Of a stretch of DNA of 64,000 nucleotides, positions 30,630 through 39,299 are shown piece by piece (position 1 is the first letter of the stretch; each line of letters opens with the position of its first letter). The stretch comes from Caldimonas sp. (GTDB taxonomy: Bacteria > Pseudomonadota > Gammaproteobacteria > Burkholderiales > Burkholderiaceae_C): assembly GCA_035995885.1 (NCBI GenBank), contig DASYKC010000161.1, positions 2,434 to 66,433 of the forward strand, written 5' to 3'. Under the pieces are notes generated by a model that was given only the letters and a program-made list of their open reading frames with translations, was not told the DNA's origin and made no database searches. The position numbers were made by a program, and so were the translations under genes.

Positions 30630-32045
30630 TTGAATCGATCCTCGACATCGGCGTGCGTGCGGCGGCTGTGCGCCCTCGCCCTGCTCGCCCTCGCCGGCTG
30701 CAGCTCGCTTCCCGTCATCACCCCCGACCTCGCCCGCGCCGATCCGGCGGGCGTCCAGTTCCAGGCCGCCAACGGCCGCATCCTCTCGCCCGAGCGCAGC
30801 AAGGAATTGCTCGCCAAGCTCGGCGGCGCCGAGAGCAGCGACGTGCTGGCGCGCCACCTCGCGCTCGAGCAGGCCGTCGCCGACGGCCCGCTCGTCCTCG
30901 GCAACCGCGTCGTCATCCTCGAGAACGGCCCGAATACCTACGCCGCGATGTTCAGCGCCATCGACGCAGCGCGCGACAGCATCGACATGGAGACCTACAT
31001 CCTCGAGGACGACGAGGTCGGCAAGCGGCTCGCCGACGCGCTCATCGCCAAGCAGGCGCAGGGCGTCCAGGTCAACCTGATCCACGACGGCGTCGGCACG
31101 CTCGGCACGAAGAAGGACTATTTCAAGCGCCTGAGCGACGCCGGCATCAACGTCCTGACGTTCAACCCCGTCAATCCGCTCGCCGCCAAGGCCGGCTGGA
31201 CCGTCAACAACCGCGACCATCGCAAGCTCCTCATCATCGACGGCCGCTCCGCGGTGCTCGGCGGCATCAACATCAGCAGCGTCTATTCGAGCAGCCTGCA
31301 GGGCAGCTCGGGCGGCAGCGTGAGCGGTGGCTCGGCGGGCAACGACAAGAAGACCTTGCCCTGGCGCGATACCGATCTCCTCATCGAAGGCCCGGTCGTC
31401 GCGAGGCTGCAGAAGCTCTTCATGGAAACCTGGACCGGCCAGAAGGGCGCGGCGCTCGCGCAGCGCGACTACTTTCCGACCCTGCAGGCGCAAGGCCCCG
31501 AGGTCGTTCGCGCGATCGGCAGCACGCCCGACGAGCCGTTCAGCCAGATCTACGTGACGCTGATCTCGGCGATCAACAGCGCCGAGAGCGAGATCCTCCT
31601 CACCAACGCCTACTTCGTTCCCGACCCGCAGCTGATGCGCTCGTTGATCGCTGCCGTCGCGCGCGGCGTCGACGTCAAGCTGATCGTGCCGAGCACGACC
31701 GATTCTTCGCTCGTCTTCCACGCCGGCCGCTCGCACTACGAGCCGCTCCTGCGCGGCGGCGTCAAGCTCTACGAGCGGCGCGAGGCGCTGCTGCACGCCA
31801 AGACCGCGCTCATCGACGGCGTCTGGGCGACGGTCGGCTCGACCAACCTCGACTGGCGCAGCTTCCTACACAACCAGGAGCTGACCGCCGTCATCCTCGG
31901 CGCCGACTTCGGCGCGAAGATGCGCGCAGCCTTCGAGCGCGACCTGGCCGTGTCGGACCCCATCACCCTCGAGGCGTGGCAGCGTCGCCCGCTCTCGACG
32001 CGGGCCAAGGAAATGTTCGCTCGACTCTGGGAGTACTGGTTGTGA
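30630..32045 (+). CDS. cls: Cardiolipin synthase/phospholipase D family, predicted lipoprotein (TTG start uncertain)
   Basis: Two HKD motifs ([16 protein letters not shown]); [10 protein letters not shown]; lipobox LAGC. Confidence 0.85.
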   Translation: MNRSSTSACVRRLCALALLALAGCSSLPVITPDLARADPAGVQFQAANGRILSPERSKELLAKLGGAESSDVLARHLALEQAVADGPLVLGNRVVILENGPNTYAAMFSAIDAARDSIDMETYILEDDEVGKRLADALIAKQAQGVQVNLIHDGVGTLGTKKDYFKRLSDAGINVLTFNPVNPLAAKAGWTVNNRDHRKLLIIDGRSAVLGGINISSVYSSSLQGSSGGSVSGGSAGNDKKTLPWRDTDLLIEGPVVARLQKLFMETWTGQKGAALAQRDYFPTLQAQGPEVVRAIGSTPDEPFSQIYVTLISAINSAESEILLTNAYFVPDPQLMRSLIAAVARGVDVKLIVPSTTDSSLVFHAGRSHYEPLLRGGVKLYERREALLHAKTALIDGVWATVGSTNLDWRSFLHNQELTAVILGADFGAKMRAAFERDLAVSDPITLEAWQRRPLSTRAKEMFARLWEYWL

Positions 32046-32923
32046 GCACCTCGCTTTCGGCGCGTGCGCTGCGCGCAGCCTGGCTCGCGCTGGCGGTCGC
32101 CCTCGTCCCGGCGGCCGCGTCGGCGCAGGATGCCGCCGCGCTGCGCGCCCGCGCCACGGCGCTGCAGGACAAGTTCGTCAACAACCAGTTCGGCCGGCCG
32201 CTGGTGCTCGAATCGACGCAGACCTCGGGCGATCTCAAGGGCGACGTCTACGCGATCGTCGAACACCCGTTCGCCATGGTCCAGCAGGCGCTGCAATCGG
32301 CCGACCACTGGTGCGACATCCTGATCCTGCACCTCAACGTCAAGCGTTGCCGGGCCAGCGGCGGCATGCCGAAGATGCTCAACCTGAGCGTCGGCCGCAA
32401 GTTCGACCAGCCGATCGAAGACGCCTACGAGCTCGACTTCGGCTACCGCGTCGCCGCGGCGACGCCCGACTACCTGCAGGTGCAGCTGAGCGCCGCGGAA
32501 GGCCCGCTCAGCACGAAGAACTATCGGATCCAGGTCGAGGCGACGCCGCTCGACGGCAAGCGCACGCTGGTCCACATGTCGTATGCCTACGGCTACGGCT
32601 TCGCCGCGCGCGTCGCGATGCAGACCTACCTGGCGACGCTCGGCAGCCAGAAGGTCGGCTTCACCGTGCTCGAGCGCAAGGACGGCAAGCCGGTCTACCA
32701 GACGGGCGTCCTCGGCCTGCTCGAGCGCAACACGATGCGCTACTACCTGGCGATCGACGCCTACCTGCAGGCCTATTCGCTACCGATGGCCGAGCAGGCC
32801 GAGCGGCGCATCCGCGGGTGGTACGCGAGCACCGAGCGCTATGCCGAGCAGCTCCACGAGATGGACCAGGACGAGTACCTCGAGATGAAGCGCAAGGAAA
32901 TGCGGCGCCAGCAGCAGGGCTAG
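32042..32923 (+). CDS. Hypothetical exported protein
   Basis: Signal peptide (...VALVPAAASA); GTGA overlap with cls stop; strong host codon bias. Confidence 0.75.
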   Translation: MSTSLSARALRAAWLALAVALVPAAASAQDAAALRARATALQDKFVNNQFGRPLVLESTQTSGDLKGDVYAIVEHPFAMVQQALQSADHWCDILILHLNVKRCRASGGMPKMLNLSVGRKFDQPIEDAYELDFGYRVAAATPDYLQVQLSAAEGPLSTKNYRIQVEATPLDGKRTLVHMSYAYGYGFAARVAMQTYLATLGSQKVGFTVLERKDGKPVYQTGVLGLLERNTMRYYLAIDAYLQAYSLPMAEQAERRIRGWYASTERYAEQLHEMDQDEYLEMKRKEMRRQQQG

Positions 32924-32957
32924 CGTCGGCGCGCATCGCCCCGGCGCGGCGGCCCGT

Positions 32958-33599
32958 TCAGAACAGCAGCGGAACGCCCGTCTTCGACTGCAGCTCGTCG
33001 CGGCCGACGCCGTCGGCGACGGCGAGCACGGCGAGACCGCGATCGGTGACGTCGAGCACCGCCAGGTCGGTGACGATGCGGTTGACGACGCCGACGCCGG
33101 TGAGCGGCAAGGTGCACGCGGGCAGGATCTTGAGGTCGATCGTGCCGTCCTTCTTGCGCGCGACGTGCTCCATCAGGACGATGACGCGCTCGACGCCGGC
33201 GACGAGATCCATCGCCCCACCCATGCCCTTGACCATCTTGCCCGGGATCATCCAGTTGGCGAGGTCGCCCTTGGCGCTGACCTGCATCGCGCCGAGGATC
33301 GAGAGGTTGATCTTGCCGCCGCGGATCATCGCGAACGAGTCGTGCGAGCCGAAGATCGACGAGCCGGGCAACGTCGTCACCGTCTGCTTGCCGGCGTTGA
33401 TGAGGTCGGCGTCGACCTCGTCCTCGGTCGGGAACGGGCCGATGCCGAGCATGCCGTTCTCGCTCTGCAGCCAGACCTCGATGCCGTCGGGCACGTGGTT
33501 GGCGACGAGCGTCGGCAGGCCGATGCCGAGGTTGACGTAGAAGCCGTCCTGCAGCTCCTGGGCGGCGCGCGCCGCCATCTCATCGTGGGTCCAGGCCAT
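32958..33599 (-). CDS. scoB: 3-oxoacid CoA-transferase subunit B
   Basis: VNLGIGLPT, catalytic [15 protein letters not shown]. Confidence 0.93.
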   Translation of the reverse strand: MAWTHDEMAARAAQELQDGFYVNLGIGLPTLVANHVPDGIEVWLQSENGMLGIGPFPTEDEVDADLINAGKQTVTTLPGSSIFGSHDSFAMIRGGKINLSILGAMQVSAKGDLANWMIPGKMVKGMGGAMDLVAGVERVIVLMEHVARKKDGTIDLKILPACTLPLTGVGVVNRIVTDLAVLDVTDRGLAVLAVADGVGRDELQSKTGVPLLF

Positions 33600-33600
33600 G

Positions 33601-34392
33601 TCAGGCTCCCGTCTTTTCTGCCGCCTTGGCGATCGCGTCGACTGCTTCCCGTTCCGCTGCGGCGGCCGACGTCCCCGGCGCGACGTCGACCGTGGCCGCC
33701 GCGCGCAGGGTGCGCTTCTCGATCCGCTTCTCGGGGTGGGCGTTGAGGACGATGCGGTGCACGTAGATGCCGGGCAGGTGGACGGCGTCGGGGTCGATCG
33801 CACCGGTCTCGACGATCTCCTCGACCTCGACGATCGTCACCTTGCCGGCCATCGCCACCGCCGGATTGAAGTTGCGCGCGGTGCGGCGAAAGACGAGGTT
33901 GCCGGACTTGTCGGCCTTCTGCGCCTTCACCAGCGACACCTCGGGCAGCAAGGCGCGCTCCATGATGTAGGTGTGGCCGTCGAACTCGCGCGACTCCTTG
34001 CCCTCGGCGACGAGCGTGCCGACGCCGGTGCGGGTGAAGAACGCCGGGATGCCGGCGCCGCCGGCGCGGAGCTTCTCGGCGAGCGTTCCCTGCGGCGTGA
34101 ACTCGAGCTCGAGCTCGCCGGCGAGGTACTGGCGCTCGAACTCCTTGTTCTCGCCGACGTAGCTCGAGATCATCCGCTTGATCTGGCGCGTCTCGAGCAG
34201 CTTGCCGAGGCCAAAGCCGTCGACGCCAGCGTTGTTCGAGATGACCGTGAGGTTCTTGACGCGCGAGTCGCGCAGCGCCTCGATCAGCGCCTCGGGAATG
34301 CCGCAGAGGCCGAAGCCGCCGACCGCCATCAGCTGGCCGTCGTGGACGACGCCGGCCAGGGCGGCAGCAGCGCTCGGGAAGATCTTGTTCAT
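33601..34392 (-). CDS. scoA: 3-oxoacid CoA-transferase subunit A
   Basis: [38 protein letters not shown]. Confidence 0.93.
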   Translation of the reverse strand: MNKIFPSAAAALAGVVHDGQLMAVGGFGLCGIPEALIEALRDSRVKNLTVISNNAGVDGFGLGKLLETRQIKRMISSYVGENKEFERQYLAGELELEFTPQGTLAEKLRAGGAGIPAFFTRTGVGTLVAEGKESREFDGHTYIMERALLPEVSLVKAQKADKSGNLVFRRTARNFNPAVAMAGKVTIVEVEEIVETGAIDPDAVHLPGIYVHRIVLNAHPEKRIEKRTLRAAATVDVAPGTSAAAAEREAVDAIAKAAEKTGA

Positions 34393-34468
34393 CGCCGATC
34401 CCTTGAGTCGAATCGACGCGATTATCAGCGCCCGCGCGCTGCCTAGAATGCCCGCAGGGAGAACGACG

Positions 34469-34882
34469 ATGACGATGGACGCAGCCGCCCTGCAGGCGAC
34501 GCTCGACACGCTGGCGGCCGACTACGTGAAACGGCTGGGGCTGCGCGTCGAGTCGATCGAGCCGGGCCAGGTGACGATGAGCCTGCCGGTCTCGGCCGAG
34601 ATCGTCCACGCCGGCGGCGTCGTCTGCGGCCAGGCGATCATGGCTGCGGCGGACACCGCCATGCTGGTGGCAATGATCGCCCAGCTCGGTGAGTTCCGGC
34701 CGATGACGACGGTGCAGCTGCAGACGAGCTTTGTGAGGCCGGTGCCGAAGGATGCGCTTCGGATCAACGTCGTGGCGCGAGTGTTGCGCGCAGGGAAGAG
34801 TCTGTCGTATGGCGACGTCGAGTTCAAGACGGCCGATGGCAAGCTGGCGGCGCACGCGACGACGACGTACGCGTTGCTGTGA
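34469..34882 (+). CDS. PaaI-family thioesterase
   Basis: [18 protein letters not shown]; [12 protein letters not shown]; RAGKSL. Confidence 0.88.
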   Translation: MTMDAAALQATLDTLAADYVKRLGLRVESIEPGQVTMSLPVSAEIVHAGGVVCGQAIMAAADTAMLVAMIAQLGEFRPMTTVQLQTSFVRPVPKDALRINVVARVLRAGKSLSYGDVEFKTADGKLAAHATTTYALL

Positions 34883-34956
34883 GCGAGCACCCGCCGCGGA
34901 ATGAGTAACGCCGGTCGCGCGCCTTGGCGTACCTTCCACCAAAACCACAGGCATTA

Positions 34957-34985
34957 TTGACACCGGACCTGGGAACGCGTACGTT
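34957..34985 (+). promoter_or_regulatory. Sigma70 promoter of the acyltransferase gene
   Basis: TTGACA (34957-34962), 17-nt spacer, TACGTT (34980-34985); GGGAGG RBS before ATG 35033. Confidence 0.6.
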
Positions 34986-35032
34986 CACTTTACGACCTGC
35001 GCACGCTGGGAACGTGCAAATCGGGAGGACGG

Positions 35033-35719
35033 ATGCGCACGGAGTTATTGAGCTTCACGCTGAGACGAGCTGATACCCATCGGGATCTTCTACGCGCGTG
35101 CGAAGTTCGAGCCGCGGCATACGGCTACAAGGTTCCGGCGTATCGAGAGTCGATGGCTCAGCCGGACGCGATTGACGCCAGCCCGTGGACTACTGTATTT
35201 CTGTGCGAGGACAAGCTTTCCGGCGAGGCGGTGGGGACGATGCGCGTTCAGACCCGCGAGCACGACCGGGGCGAGCTCGAGATGGAACGCTACGTCAAGC
35301 TACCAGAGTATCTGGAAAACGCTACGTGCACCGAAGTCACGCGCTTGGCGGCGCCGGTCGGATCCGATCCATTCGTGCGACTTGCCCTGTGGAAGGCCGC
35401 CTATTTGTTCGCTGCAAGCCAAGGAATAAGTTGGATCGTCATGAGCGTTCGCAAGCCTGCCCTCATCCGTGCGTACGAGCGGATGGGATCCAAGGACGTT
35501 TTCGCGAATCGGGCCGACGGATTCTTTCTGCCTTACGTAGGCAACATGCCGCACCGGATCTATGCGCTAGACATCGACAACTTCTACGGTTTTTGGAGCG
35601 ACAGCAAGCATCCGCTGCTCGAGTTCATGACGGCCACGAATCATGAAGACATCATCGTCGGTCGCCCGTCAGTGGACCGCCTGTCCATAAGAGGAGTCGG
35701 GCTCCGAGTCGTCGAGTGA
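35033..35719 (+). CDS. LuxI/FeeM-fold N-acyl transferase (putative N-acyl amino acid or acyl-signal synthase)
   Basis: EVRAAAYGY, DAID..TTVFL..GEAVGTMRV, TEVTRLA, AYLFAASQGI..IV...LIRAYERMG follow the motif order of acyl-ACP-dependent GNAT-fold synthases. Confidence 0.65.
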   Translation: MRTELLSFTLRRADTHRDLLRACEVRAAAYGYKVPAYRESMAQPDAIDASPWTTVFLCEDKLSGEAVGTMRVQTREHDRGELEMERYVKLPEYLENATCTEVTRLAAPVGSDPFVRLALWKAAYLFAASQGISWIVMSVRKPALIRAYERMGSKDVFANRADGFFLPYVGNMPHRIYALDIDNFYGFWSDSKHPLLEFMTATNHEDIIVGRPSVDRLSIRGVGLRVVE

Positions 35720-37660
35720 TTTGGCGTACTCGTAGAGGGGATGGTTTCGATTGCAAACCCCGTCCGCCGCGTACAAGGCAATCGTCTGCAGTAGCTGCTC
35801 CAAGGTAAACGGTTTCATCAACAGGCCGTCCATGCCCGCCTCGTAGCACTCTCGCCTGTCCTCGTCACTGGGGCTCGCGGTGAGCGCAACGATTGGGACG
35901 CTGGGCAACCCAATCCTCGTTTCGATCGCACGGATCTCGCGAGATGCCGTCGGCCCGTCCATTACCGGCATTCGACAATCCATGAAGACGAAATCCGGTC
36001 GTGGCTTGGCAAACGCAGCGGAGATCGCCTCCTTGCCATTGTTGGCGCGAACCACTTCGGCACCTATGTTCGCAAGGTTCGCCGTCGCGATCAACGCATT
36101 GACCTCGTTATCCTCAACCAAAAGGACTCGGTATCCCTCTCGAACGTGGGGTAGCTTCGGCTGCGGTTGAGCCGACTGATCCGACGTCGCGGGCGCTTCG
36201 GGAAGAATGGCGGTGAACGTGAACTGCGAACCGACGCCCACCGCGCTGCTGACGCCGACGTCGCCTCCCATCGCCTGGGCGATCTCGCGGGCGATGGTCA
36301 GGCCCAGGCCCGTTCCGTCTGCCGGTCGAGTCGCCGAGTCGTCCGCCTGTCGAAAGGCATCGAAAATGTGCGCGGCATCTTTCGTCGCGATGCCCGGACC
36401 GGTGTCTCTGATCTCAAAGGAAAACAGCTTCCCTTGACGCTGGACCTTCAGCACGACCAAGCCCGACTTGGTGAATTTCACCGCATTGCCGAGCAGGTTG
36501 TGGAGAACCTGGCGAACCCGCGCTGGGTCTCCAATCACCCGGCACGGGGTGTCGATTCGGATCGAACTGCTGAAGTCGAGACCTTTGCTGTCGCACCTCA
36601 GCTTGTACAGATCCGCAACATTGGCAAGCTCAAGCGCCAGATCAAAAGTTGCGTGACGCAGTTCCAAGCGACCAGACTCAATTCTCGAGATATCGAGTAA
36701 CGACCCTATGAGTTCTAGCAAATGCGTTCCGGAAGATTCCAGAAGTGCCAGACGATGCTGCACGACGGGATCAGCGGCGGTCTGCTTGCGAATTAGCTGG
36801 GTCAGGCCCAGGATCCCATGCAAAGGTGTACGGAGCTCATGACTCATGGTGCCGAGAAACAAGGACTTGACAGCCCCCTGACGTTTCACCTCGAGCAACG
36901 CCGCAGCGAGAGCTTCGGCATTGCGCGTTTCGCGCAGACGCGCCTCCTCCGTCGCCTCGTGCGCCAGGAACTCGCTTCTTAGACGACGTTCAGACGCGTA
37001 GGCGGTCACGATCGACTGCAGCAAGACCAGGATCGTGCCCAGCGAAACGAAGACTCCCAGTGCGTCGCCCCGAAGCGCCACTGCGACGGCAAGTGGAACC
37101 AGCATCGAGGTCACGTAGGCTACGGACGCGGCTGCCATGGTGTTGAACCCGTGCGTGGCCATCAATGCAACACTGCAGAGCACGGCACAAGTCAGGCATG
37201 CGAACTCACTTGGACCAAATGCGCACCATGCGCCTGCCGCACCCCAAATGGCGCCATCTAAAGCTAGTAGCACCAACGTCAGTTGACGAGAGAAACCATC
37301 CCTGACCATTGGCCAACTCGAGCGCGAGTACGCCAAGGCTGCCAAGACTCGAACGACCGAGATTGCGAGCTTCACGCCCAGCCAGACGTGCGTCGGGGTC
37401 CAGCCGAATGTCGGGGTCAGGAATGGAACGAGCAGTGCGGCAAGCACCGAGTTGATAACCGCCGCTCTGATGACGTGTTTTTGCACACCATCGAGTTGCA
37501 ATCTTTGAAATCGACTCTTCACCTCTCCGGTCAGAGCGTTTGAAGTGGGTTTCGACGGCGTTCCAATGCGCCGCAAAACAGACGGCAACACAGATGACAC
37601 ACCCAAATCAATCACTTGACAGTTCTGCTCGTTGATGCCGACTTGCGGTTCAGCCGTCAA
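35669..37660 (-). CDS. Membrane-bound hybrid histidine kinase (HisKA-HATPase-REC); start uncertain
   Basis: About 5-6 TM segments; H-box MSHELRTP, N-box NLLGNAVKFT, G1 DTGPGI, G2 GTGLGL; REC FMDCRMPVMDG. Confidence 0.92.
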   Translation of the reverse strand: MTAEPQVGINEQNCQVIDLGVSSVLPSVLRRIGTPSKPTSNALTGEVKSRFQRLQLDGVQKHVIRAAVINSVLAALLVPFLTPTFGWTPTHVWLGVKLAISVVRVLAALAYSRSSWPMVRDGFSRQLTLVLLALDGAIWGAAGAWCAFGPSEFACLTCAVLCSVALMATHGFNTMAAASVAYVTSMLVPLAVAVALRGDALGVFVSLGTILVLLQSIVTAYASERRLRSEFLAHEATEEARLRETRNAEALAAALLEVKRQGAVKSLFLGTMSHELRTPLHGILGLTQLIRKQTAADPVVQHRLALLESSGTHLLELIGSLLDISRIESGRLELRHATFDLALELANVADLYKLRCDSKGLDFSSSIRIDTPCRVIGDPARVRQVLHNLLGNAVKFTKSGLVVLKVQRQGKLFSFEIRDTGPGIATKDAAHIFDAFRQADDSATRPADGTGLGLTIAREIAQAMGGDVGVSSAVGVGSQFTFTAILPEAPATSDQSAQPQPKLPHVREGYRVLLVEDNEVNALIATANLANIGAEVVRANNGKEAISAAFAKPRPDFVFMDCRMPVMDGPTASREIRAIETRIGLPSVPIVALTASPSDEDRRECYEAGMDGLLMKPFTLEQLLQTIALYAADGVCNRNHPLYEYAKSLDDSEPDSSYGQAVH

Positions 37661-38110
37661 CTTGGCGTAACGGCGCAGGCCTTAAGCAATGACCGCGGCT
37701 CCCTCCGAGGCACTGTGTCGCCATCACATCGGCGCTTTCGAGGAGGCGCGAACGTGATTTTCTGCACGATTCAACCGCAGCTGCTCCTCTTGGCGCCACT
37801 GTTGCCGAGGCGAGCCAAATTCGCGTTGTTGATCATCAAAGGGTTGCATATGTCCTCCACGACGCGACGGGCCATGGCTAGTGAGTCACTATCGGCAGTT
37901 GCGCGCCAACTTTTAGTCCGTTTCGCGGCGCTGGACCTACAAGTGACATCGAAGCCTTCTACGGCTTGATTGGCACCACTTTGGACGACCCTGGGCTCGG
38001 CCTTTCCACGGCCGTTCTCCGCAGCGAGTTGTCCCCGCGCGCGGAGGTGCCTCGCGCTACCGTCTCGTGTCGTTCAAGAATGCCGCCGGTACGCACGACG
38101 CGACGCCGCC

Positions 38111-38998
38111 CTACCCGTCGCCGAGCACCGGTTCCCCTGCGGGCGCGCGGGAGCGACCGCGAATCCACATGCCGAAGGAAAGGCCGAACAGCACCATCGT
38201 GATCGAATAGACGGCCGCGGGCAGGGCGAATTGAGTGTCGCCCAACGTCGTCATCGCCACGTACATCGACAAGACTGCGCTTCTTATGCCGAGTTGGAAG
38301 GTGATGGCGATGCCGTTACCTCGGCCAAGCCCCCAGAGCTGGGAAAATCCGTAGCCCAAGCCGAGGCTCAGCAAGTTGAACAAGACGACGCTACCGCCAA
38401 CCTCGGTGAAACCACGAATCAGGGACTGCCACTCCTTGACGATGGCTCCTGCCGAAAAAAGGACAAGGACCAGAACGCTGAAGATTCGCATTGGCTTGTC
38501 GGCTCTTGTCGCAAAAGCGGGAAATCGCGCCCGCACCGCCATACCGAGGATGACTGGAATCACCAAGCTCGCCATCGTTTCCACGAGCTTTCCCGTGATC
38601 GACGGCATCGCTGTATCGCGGCTCGCGAAGTAGCTCAGCGACCAGCTGCAGATAAGAGGAAGCGTGAAGAGGCTGAGAGCAGTGTTGACTCCGGTGAGCG
38701 TGACATTGAGCGCGACGTTTCCACCAAAGACGTGGCTATACAAGTTTGACGAGATGCTTCCGGGCGCCGCAGCCAAGAGCATGAGTCCAACCGCATAAGG
38801 GGTCGGCAACCGCAATGCAACCGCAATGAGCAGTGCCACCAGAGGCAATATCACCATCTGCAGGGTGAGGGCGATCAACACCGCGCGTCGCTCGCCGAAT
38901 GCCCGACGGAAGTCCGCCAATTCAAGCGATAGCCCGAGACCGGCCATCACCACCGCGAGGGCGACGAACAGGAGCTGCACAGTGGCCTGAGTTGACAT
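38111..38998 (-). CDS. Bile acid:sodium symporter (BASS/SBF) family transporter
   Basis: MAGLGLSL, LTLQMVILP, APGSISSNLYS..FGGNVAL; ~9 hydrophobic segments. Confidence 0.87.
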   Translation of the reverse strand: MSTQATVQLLFVALAVVMAGLGLSLELADFRRAFGERRAVLIALTLQMVILPLVALLIAVALRLPTPYAVGLMLLAAAPGSISSNLYSHVFGGNVALNVTLTGVNTALSLFTLPLICSWSLSYFASRDTAMPSITGKLVETMASLVIPVILGMAVRARFPAFATRADKPMRIFSVLVLVLFSAGAIVKEWQSLIRGFTEVGGSVVLFNLLSLGLGYGFSQLWGLGRGNGIAITFQLGIRSAVLSMYVAMTTLGDTQFALPAAVYSITMVLFGLSFGMWIRGRSRAPAGEPVLGDG

Positions 38999-39299
38999 TG
39001 ACAAGAGCGCAGACGATCGCCGTGATTGCAACGCTCCGACTTCTAACCTGCTCAATCGCGTAGCGGCTCAATTCTGTGTGCACGACCGTCAAATAATCAC
39101 GCAAGACGCGGCTTGTCGAAGATGAAGCCTTGTGCGGTAGTTCAGCGTCCAGCAAGCGGGAGCGTCAAACGCAGACGATGCCTCGGACAGTCCCTCGCCC
39201 GGTTTTCGCCCACTACAACGCCGCCCAGGCGAGACGTAGACTAGGAATCGAGAGCGATCCAGCCGATACGACAGGTCGGCCTCGACCCGGAAGCCAAGG

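Noticed and set aside
34966-35014. Possible lux box (two ACCTG starts) upstream of the synthase
   Set aside because: The right half lacks the complementary CAGGT/AGGT, and no luxR is present.
37616-38202. Short ORFs in the spacer between kinase 1 and the transporter
   Set aside because: No motifs or convincing RBS, and mutually overlapping frames; treated as non-coding.
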